64,000 bases of DNA, from NCBI GenBank assembly GCA_016235455.1, contig JACRKZ010000068.1, positions 1-64,000 on the forward strand, written 5' to 3'. Made by a program: the position numbers and the translations under genes. This document shows, piece after piece, positions 57,767-64,000 of this stretch (positions are counted from its first letter, which is position 1; each line of letters begins with the position of its first letter). The DNA comes from Armatimonadota bacterium (GTDB lineage Bacteria; Armatimonadota; UBA10988). The notes below the pieces were generated by a model that did no database searches, was not told where the DNA came from, and saw only the letters and a list, made by a program, of their open reading frames with translations.

Positions 57767-58434
57767 GAGCTTTCCTGGCGATCGTGCCACCGCGGGTGGT
57801 GCGTGATGCGGTCGAACTGGTACGGGATCCGCTGCGCGATGCCGCACCGGGTGGACGTTGGGTGCATCCGTCGTTGTGGCACCTGACGCTCAAATTCCTG
57901 GGCGATGTCGAGGACGAACTGGTGCCCGCCGTGGCCGATCTGGCCAGCGAAGTGGCGCAACGATTCGAGGCCTTCCGCCTCGGCCTCGGTGGCCTCGGCG
58001 TCTACCCCAACATGGAGCGTCCACGCACCCTGTGGGTCGGCTCCACGCAGGGCGCCGAGCAGTTTGAGGCGCTCGCCGCCGCGCTCGACGGCGGGCTCGA
58101 CGGCCTCGGCTTCCAGCCCGAAGACGAGATCATCCGCGCCCATCTGACCGTGGCCCGGTTCCGCGACAACCACGAATTTGGCGAACTCGCCGGCCATATC
58201 GGCCCCGGCGCGGAGATCGCCAGCTTCGCGGTCAAGGAGCTGGTGCTCATGCGCAGTGTCCTGCGGCCCCGTGGCCCCGACTACAGCGTGGTCGAGAAGC
58301 TGCCGCTGGTCATCCCCGAGGGCTTTGAAGTGCCCGACGAGGAGGATCTGGCCGCCGATTCCGCCGCGGCCGAGCCCGGCGCGGCCGAAGAGCCGAACCC
58401 GGCGGCCGAGACCGAGGCCACCAGCGAAGCCTGA
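57763..58434 (+). CDS. thpR: RNA 2',3'-cyclic phosphodiesterase (2H family)
   Basis: MRAFLAI, HLTLKFLG, HLTVAR; follows cinA. Confidence 0.9.
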   Translation: MRAFLAIVPPRVVRDAVELVRDPLRDAAPGGRWVHPSLWHLTLKFLGDVEDELVPAVADLASEVAQRFEAFRLGLGGLGVYPNMERPRTLWVGSTQGAEQFEALAAALDGGLDGLGFQPEDEIIRAHLTVARFRDNHEFGELAGHIGPGAEIASFAVKELVLMRSVLRPRGPDYSVVEKLPLVIPEGFEVPDEEDLAADSAAAEPGAAEEPNPAAETEATSEA

Positions 58435-58487
58435 TTGCGGAAGGGCACTGGCCCTGACGCTCGAAATGCCCATCGGGGAGATTCCCG

Positions 58488-59600
58488 ATGGGCATTTCGT
58501 TGGCGCTGCTGGGTTGCGGCGCGTTCGGCTCCAGCTTCATCCGCCACTGGCGCGCACATCCCGATGTCGCGCGCTTCGCGCTGTGTGATCATGACTCCGC
58601 ACGCCTGGCCGCGGCTGCTCGCGAGCATGATGTCACCGAGACCTACGACTCGCTCGAGGCGCTGGTCGCCTCGGACATCGAGGCCGTCGCGCTCTTCAGC
58701 CAGCACTGGATGCACGCGCCGCAGGCCGTGGCGCTGCTCGATGCCGGCAAGCATGTCTACTCGGCCGTGCCCGCCGCGGCCAGTCTCGACGAATGTGATG
58801 CGCTGGTCCGCGCCGTCGAGCGCAGTGGCCGCCTCTACATGATGGGCGAGACCAGCTTGTTCCGCGCCGAGTGCGCCTACTGCTGCCAGCGCGCGGCGGC
58901 CGGCGACTTCGGCCATCTGGTCCACTTCGACGCCGAGTACCTGCATGACCTCGACCACGGCCTGCGCGATGTGCTGCGCAATCGCCTGGGTGAGGCCTTC
59001 AGCATGAGCCGGACCGGCGCGCCGCCGATGCACTACCCGACGCACTCGATCGGCTTCGTCATGGCCATCTGCGCCGCGGTCGACCCCGACGTCCATGTGA
59101 CCTCGGTGTCGGCGCTGGGTACGGCCATCCCTGGCGACGACTGGCACCGCGCCGATACCGACTGGCACAACCCGTATGGCAACGAGATCGCGCTGCTGGA
59201 GCTGAGCTGCGGCGCCACGGCGCGCATCGCCGAAATGCGCAAGGTCGGCCATCCCGGCGCCGAGCGGGTGGCCCGCGTCTACGGCACCGAGGGCACGTTC
59301 GAGCTCGGCAGCCGCGGCGCGAGCTGGTGCACCAAGTCGGGTTGCGAGCCGGTGGAGCCGACGCTCGACTTCGCGCCGCTGCCCGCGGCCCTGGCCGCGG
59401 ACCGTGGCGGGCATGGCGGGTCGCACGCGCATCTGGTGCATGAGTTCGTCAGTGCGGTGCGCGACGGCCGGCAGCCACGGATGAACGTCTGGCAGGCGGT
59501 GCGGACGCTGGCGCCGGGCCTCGTGGCGCACGAGTCGACGGTGCAGCAGGGACGGCGCCTGCCGGTGCCGGACTGGGGATCGGGGCCGGGGTCGGCATGA
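58488..59600 (+). CDS. Gfo/Idh/MocA-family oxidoreductase
   Basis: GCGAFG, AGKHVYSAVP, PPMHYPTHS, GHGGSH. Confidence 0.85.
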   Translation: MGISLALLGCGAFGSSFIRHWRAHPDVARFALCDHDSARLAAAAREHDVTETYDSLEALVASDIEAVALFSQHWMHAPQAVALLDAGKHVYSAVPAAASLDECDALVRAVERSGRLYMMGETSLFRAECAYCCQRAAAGDFGHLVHFDAEYLHDLDHGLRDVLRNRLGEAFSMSRTGAPPMHYPTHSIGFVMAICAAVDPDVHVTSVSALGTAIPGDDWHRADTDWHNPYGNEIALLELSCGATARIAEMRKVGHPGAERVARVYGTEGTFELGSRGASWCTKSGCEPVEPTLDFAPLPAALAADRGGHGGSHAHLVHEFVSAVRDGRQPRMNVWQAVRTLAPGLVAHESTVQQGRRLPVPDWGSGPGSA

Positions 59601-59665
59601 CATGGCCAGAACGTGCCGGGGCCGAGGGTGTTGCTCTGGGCTGGTAGGGCGCCGGGCCGTCGGCC

Positions 59666-60148
59666 CTAAGCGCCCAGCCACAGCCGGTAATCGGCCGGAT
59701 CCTGCCAGTCGATGGGCCGCGCGGCCAGATGGTGATCGCCCGACTCGACCCAGGCCTGGGCCGTCTCGCGGGCGATGGGCTGCAGGTCGTCACGGGCCAG
59801 CAATCGGTCGGGGCTGAGCCAGACGACCTCGCTGACCTCGTTGCCGTCGGCCGTGGTGGCCTCGCTGAGCGCGCGCATGGCGAACACGAAGTAGAGGTTG
59901 GGCAGCGGCTCCTCGCGGCGTTGGCGAACCATGAGGATGCCGAGCGGCTCGGCCTCGACGCCGGTCTCTTCACGGACCTCGCGCGTGGCCGTCTCGTGCA
60001 GGAGTTCGCCGGGGTCGAGGTGGCCGCCGGGGATCATCAGTCGGCCCTTGGCCGGACCATAGGTCATGCGGACCAACAGCACGCAGCCGTCGGCCCGCAC
60101 GACCCAGCCGCCCACGCCGACCGAGTGTTGGCTGGCGGGCAGTGACAT
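59666..60148 (-). CDS. Nudix hydrolase
   Basis: GGHLDPGELLHETATREVREETGV Nudix box; start overlaps hisG stop (TGATG). Confidence 0.9.
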   Translation of the reverse strand: MSLPASQHSVGVGGWVVRADGCVLLVRMTYGPAKGRLMIPGGHLDPGELLHETATREVREETGVEAEPLGILMVRQRREEPLPNLYFVFAMRALSEATTADGNEVSEVVWLSPDRLLARDDLQPIARETAQAWVESGDHHLAARPIDWQDPADYRLWLGA

Positions 60149-61020
60149 CAGACGATCTTGTTGATGGGCAGCTCGATGATGCCCTCGGCGCCGACCGTGC
60201 GGAGCTGCGGTATGAGCTCGCGCACTTCGCTCTCGGAGACCACGGTCTCCACCGCGAGCCAGTCGCTCTGGTAGAGGTGGTTGACCGTCGGCGAGTTGAT
60301 CGACGGCAGCAGACCGATGACGGCCTGCACCGCGGACTCGGGGCAGTTCATCTTGAGCAGCACCATGCCGTCGGCTTCCAGCGCGCCGCGCAGCAACATG
60401 GCGATCTGCTCGATCTTGCGCCGCTTGAAGCCATCTTCCCAAGCCGCCTGGTTGGCGATGAACTTGGTGTTGGTCTCGAGCAGCGTGTGGATGATGCGCA
60501 GGCCGTGGGCCTTGATGGTGGAGCCGGTCTCGGTGACCTCGACAATGGCATCGACCAGACCTTCAGCCACCTTGCCCTCGGTGGCGCCCCACGAGAACTC
60601 GGTGTCGACGGTGATGCCGCGCTCGGCGAAGTAGCGCTTGGTGAAGCCGACCAGCTCGGTGGCGATGCGTTTGCCCTGCAGGTCCTCGATCGTGTTATAG
60701 GGCGAGTCGCCGCGCACCGCGAGCACCCACTTGGCCTTCTGGGTGGAAACCTTGGAGTAGATCAGGTCGGCGATGTACTCGACCTTGGCGTCGTGCTCCA
60801 GGATCCAGTCGAGCCCGGTCAGGCCGCAGTCCAGCGTGCCCTGCTCGACGTACTTGGCCATTTCCTGCGCGCGCACCAGGGCGCACTCGATCTCGGGATC
60901 GTCGATCTGCGGGAAGTAGTTGCGCGACGAGCCGCGGATGCGCCAGCCGCTGCGGCGGAACAGGTCGATGGTGGCCTCTTCGAGGCTACCCTTGGGAATA
61001 CCCAGTTTCAAGACACTCAT
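60148..61020 (-). CDS. hisG: ATP phosphoribosyltransferase (long form)
   Basis: IPKGSL, RAQE, GLTGLDW, SWGATE, ETGST, C-terminal ACT-like domain. Confidence 0.95.
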   Translation of the reverse strand: MSVLKLGIPKGSLEEATIDLFRRSGWRIRGSSRNYFPQIDDPEIECALVRAQEMAKYVEQGTLDCGLTGLDWILEHDAKVEYIADLIYSKVSTQKAKWVLAVRGDSPYNTIEDLQGKRIATELVGFTKRYFAERGITVDTEFSWGATEGKVAEGLVDAIVEVTETGSTIKAHGLRIIHTLLETNTKFIANQAAWEDGFKRRKIEQIAMLLRGALEADGMVLLKMNCPESAVQAVIGLLPSINSPTVNHLYQSDWLAVETVVSESEVRELIPQLRTVGAEGIIELPINKIV

Positions 61021-61403
61021 GATCCATACACCTTCTTGGGGTCGAAGAGCGGCTCGCCCTCGACCGTAAAGCCTTCGTCGCCGAGCACGCGGTAGAAGCA
61101 ACTGCGGTGGCCGGTATGGCAGGCGGCATCGCCGATCTGCTCGACCTTGATCACCACGGCGTCGAGATCGCAGTCGATGCGGATCTCGTGCACCTGCTGC
61201 ACGTTGCCCGAGCTTTCGCCCTTCTTCCACAGCTTGCTGCGCGAGCGGCTCCAATAGGTGGCGACCCGGGTCTGGAGGGTATGATGCCAGGCTTCCTCGT
61301 TCATGTAAGCCACCATCAGGATGGTGCCGTCATGCACGTCCTGGGCGATCACGGTTACGAGGCCCCCGCCTTTGGCGAAATCGGGGGTGAGTTGCTCTGC
61401 CAT
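61017..61403 (-). CDS. hisI: Phosphoribosyl-AMP cyclohydrolase (no HisE fusion)
   Basis: [29 protein letters not shown]. Confidence 0.95.
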   Translation of the reverse strand: MAEQLTPDFAKGGGLVTVIAQDVHDGTILMVAYMNEEAWHHTLQTRVATYWSRSRSKLWKKGESSGNVQQVHEIRIDCDLDAVVIKVEQIGDAACHTGHRSCFYRVLGDEGFTVEGEPLFDPKKVYGS

Positions 61404-61477
61404 GGCTGTCTCCAGTCCCTTCCAGGGTTGATACGCGCTGCAAAAGGCCCCCTCCAGAGCCCAACGAGCGCCGCTTC

Positions 61478-61506
61478 ATGGTAGGGCCGGCCCCATTAGC
61501 TGTCAA
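61478..61506 (-). promoter_or_regulatory. Sigma70-type promoter of the hisI-hisG-nudix operon
   Basis: TTGACA (61501-61506), 17-bp spacer, TACCAT (61478-61483). Confidence 0.65.
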
Positions 61507-61510
61507 CGAA

Positions 61511-61652
61511 GCGCGCTGCGCGCGCGGCGTGGGGCGTGCTGCTCGACGCGCGGCATAGGGCGTGGGGGGAACGATAGGTCACGCAGGCGATCTGCCCGCG
61601 CGCAGCGCGGCACCCCTCACGGTCTGCGCCCTACGCCGCACGCGAAGCGCGC
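61511..61652. repeat. REP/MITE-like element with 26-bp imperfect inverted arms
   Basis: GCGCGCTGCGCGCGCGGCGTGGGGCG versus reverse complement of 61627-61652, 3 mismatches. Confidence 0.55.
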
Positions 61653-61654
61653 CC

Positions 61655-62692
61655 TCACCAGCCGTGCGGCACGTCGTCCTCGCCGTCGATGTCGGGCAGG
61701 TTCTCGGGTTTCTGACCGCGGTGGTCGGCCAGGTCGCCGGTGGGTTCGGTGGGTTCGGCATCGCCCAGCAGCGCGCCGGCGATGTTGGCCACGCCACCGG
61801 CCAGGCCTTCCAGGTCGTAGCCGCCCTCCAGGCAGGCCACGACGCGGCCCTGGCAGAACTCGGCGGCCCAGTCCAGCACGCGGCGGGTCATCTGGCCGAA
61901 GCCGCTGTTGGTCACGCGCATCTGGCCGAGCGGGTCGCGTTCGTGGGTGTCCTGGCCGGCCGAGACCAGGATCAGCTCGGGCGAGAAGGCCCGGACCGCC
62001 GGCGCGACGATCTCGTCGAGCAGTTGCAGGTAATCGGCGTCGCGGCGGCCGGGGCGCAGCGGCAGGTTCAGCGTGGCGCCCTCGCCGGCGCCGGCGCCGC
62101 GTTCGTCCTCGGCGCCGCTGAAGGGGTACCAGTTGACCTGGTGCAGCGAGCAGAAGAAGACGTTGGGGTCCTCGTAGAACGCCTCCTGGGTACCGTTGCC
62201 GTGGTGGACGTCCCAGTCGAGGATGAATACGCGCTCGATGCCCCGCTGCTGCGCGGCGCGGGCGCTCAGCGCGATGTTGTTGAACAGGCAGAAGCCCATG
62301 CCGCGGCTGGGCCGCGCGTGGTGGCCGGGCGGGCGCGTGAGCACCAGCGCGTTGTCCACCTCGCCCTCGAGCACGGCCTCGACCGCCACCAGTGCGCCAC
62401 CGGCGCTGAGCCGGGCAATGCGGTAGCTGGCCGGGCAGATGTGCGTGTCGGGGTCGAGCGAGCCGCCGCCCTCGTCGGCGACCGCGCGGACATGGTCGAT
62501 GTACTCCGGCTCATGCACCCAGGCGATCTGCTCGGCGGTGGCGGGGCGCGGCTTGTAGTAGGCCATGCGCGGCCAGAGCCCGGTCTCCACCAGCGTCGAC
62601 CAGATGGCCCGCAGACGTTGGGGCCGCTCGGGATGGAGTGGCCCGTTGTCGTGCAGCAGGTATTCGTCGTGCGTGATAAGTCCGGTCGACAT
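61655..62692 (-). CDS. Histone-deacetylase-family amidohydrolase
   Basis: HPERPQR, RPPGHH, GFCLFNN, DWDVHHGNGT, LEGGY. Confidence 0.93.
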   Translation of the reverse strand: MSTGLITHDEYLLHDNGPLHPERPQRLRAIWSTLVETGLWPRMAYYKPRPATAEQIAWVHEPEYIDHVRAVADEGGGSLDPDTHICPASYRIARLSAGGALVAVEAVLEGEVDNALVLTRPPGHHARPSRGMGFCLFNNIALSARAAQQRGIERVFILDWDVHHGNGTQEAFYEDPNVFFCSLHQVNWYPFSGAEDERGAGAGEGATLNLPLRPGRRDADYLQLLDEIVAPAVRAFSPELILVSAGQDTHERDPLGQMRVTNSGFGQMTRRVLDWAAEFCQGRVVACLEGGYDLEGLAGGVANIAGALLGDAEPTEPTGDLADHRGQKPENLPDIDGEDDVPHGW

Positions 62693-62698
62693 CGCTGG

Positions 62699-64000
62699 CT
62701 AGTTCGCCGGCGTCAGGCGACAGCCTTCTAATCGTTTGATTGCAGTTTCCAGAGAGTCCGACCAGCTGGCCGCGAGGTCGCGGGTCAAGGTCAAGCGACG
62801 GATATCCTGGCCGTCGCGCAGGCAGATCTCCACCGGCTGTTGGCCCGGGTGGTCCTTCAACGTCGTGGCGAGTTGGCACAGCCGTTGCTGCAGGTCGTAC
62901 TCCTCAAGCTCGCCGGTGGGCACCTGCACCTCCACGCGCAGGCGGTTGGTCGCGGTGCTCGTCGGTGTGGGTTGCGGCACGGGCGGCAGCTCCGGCTTGG
63001 GCGGCTTGGGCTGGCCGTTGCCGTTGCCATGGCCGTGGTGCGGCGGAGTCACCGGCAGCGACTCCTGCGGCGGCGTCACGGCTGGCCCCACGCCGTCGCC
63101 GTGCTCGTCGTCCGGACGCCGCGCGCTGGGGCTGGGCCCGCCGTTGCCGGCCGCGGGGGTGATGGCGGCGCTGCCGAGCACTTCGGGCCGCGGCGGCTTG
63201 GTGCGCTTGCGCTTCCATTCGGTCGGCCGCAGGATCTGGTCGACCACGAGGTCGGGCGGACCCGGACGGTCCTCCTGGCGCCGGACCTTGCCATAGACGA
63301 CCCGCACTTCGCCGCCTGAGCAGAGGTGCTGGTAGCTGTCGTGCTGACCGCTCCACAGCAGGACGGTCGTCGAGCCGACCAGGTCGGTGAGCCGCGCCCG
63401 GCTGGCCTCGCCGCGGCGAGTGTTGAAGGTGCGCTGCTCGTCGAGCAGGCCGGCCATGATGATCACGGTGTCGTTGGGCAGCGCGGCGACCTCGCTCGAC
63501 AGCACCGCGCTGTCGACCACTTCCATCTCGGTCAGTTGCCGGCGAAGCTCGGCGAAGGGATCCTCAAAGACCACCAGGCCGAGCAGCTCGGTGTCCATCT
63601 GCCGCAGTTCTTCCTTGGCATACTCGGCCGACTTCTTGAGCGGCGGCACGAGCATGTCGCCGCCGTCGCTGTCGTCGAGCCCATCGAACAGGCTGATCTG
63701 GCCCGAACGCTGGTCTGCCTGGGTGCGCTGCGCGGCGTCCCAGATGGCCTCGTAGCTGAGCATCAGCTCCTTGCGATTGCCGAAATCACGGCAGGCGCCC
63801 GCCTTGATCAGCTTTTCGACCGCCGCCTTGGGCACCGTTTTCAGGTCGACGCGGCACAGGAAGTCGTAGAGGTCGCCGTAGGCGCCGGCCTCGGCACGTT
63901 GGTCGACGATAGCCTGGGCCACCTTGGAGCCGATGCCGTTGATGCCGGCCAGGCCGTAGACGATGTGGTCGCCCTGGACCTCGAACACCTCGCCGCCCGA
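62699..64000 (-). CDS. dnaE: DNA polymerase III alpha subunit, C-terminal part (partial)
   Basis: IVYGL..INGIG, DF..RVD, LIKAGA, GQISLF clamp-binding motif, ELLG, OB-fold. Confidence 0.9.
   Translation of the reverse strand, partial: SGGEVFEVQGDHIVYGLAGINGIGSKVAQAIVDQRAEAGAYGDLYDFLCRVDLKTVPKAAVEKLIKAGACRDFGNRKELMLSYEAIWDAAQRTQADQRSGQISLFDGLDDSDGGDMLVPPLKKSAEYAKEELRQMDTELLGLVVFEDPFAELRRQLTEMEVVDSAVLSSEVAALPNDTVIIMAGLLDEQRTFNTRRGEASRARLTDLVGSTTVLLWSGQHDSYQHLCSGGEVRVVYGKVRRQEDRPGPPDLVVDQILRPTEWKRKRTKPPRPEVLGSAAITPAAGNGGPSPSARRPDDEHGDGVGPAVTPPQESLPVTPPHHGHGNGNGQPKPPKPELPPVPQPTPTSTATNRLRVEVQVPTGELEEYDLQQRLCQLATTLKDHPGQQPVEICLRDGQDIRRLTLTRDLAASWSDSLETAIKRLEGCRLTPAN

Overview
This is a very GC-rich bacterial chromosomal segment with about 58 mostly housekeeping and secreted-protein CDSs. 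The gene content resembles Armatimonadota/PVC-type soil or sludge bacteria, but that is an inference. Housekeeping loci include aspC-nitrilase-nadE, tRNA-Ser(UGA), RNase P RNA, def-fmt-TPR-rsmB-lepB, coaX, panD-panB, ubiD/ubiX/ubiA-like menaquinone genes, dnaN-recF-dciA, cinA-thpR, hisI-hisG and the 3' part of dnaE. They are interspersed with large secreted carbohydrate-active or heme proteins. Most notable: (1) a probable replication origin upstream of dnaN (DnaA-trios, a GC spacer, tandem DnaA boxes, about 8 mostly ...CCACC variant boxes) with no dnaA beside it; (2) a MerR/BldC-like HTH-GNAT-panD-panB operon with a perfect operator palindrome, possibly a PanZ-analogous CoA sensor; (3) a Nudix hydrolase coupled to hisI-hisG that may replace HisE; (4) a HEPN plus degenerate MNT/BolA-like pair inserted between ubiD and ubiX; (5) an acyl-ACP-reductase-like two-gene module; (6) two neighbouring genes with frameshifting internal deletions; (7) several unrelated REP/REPIN-like palindrome families. 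No CRISPR array, transposase or integrase was seen. All protein calls come from motifs read by eye, not from database searches.
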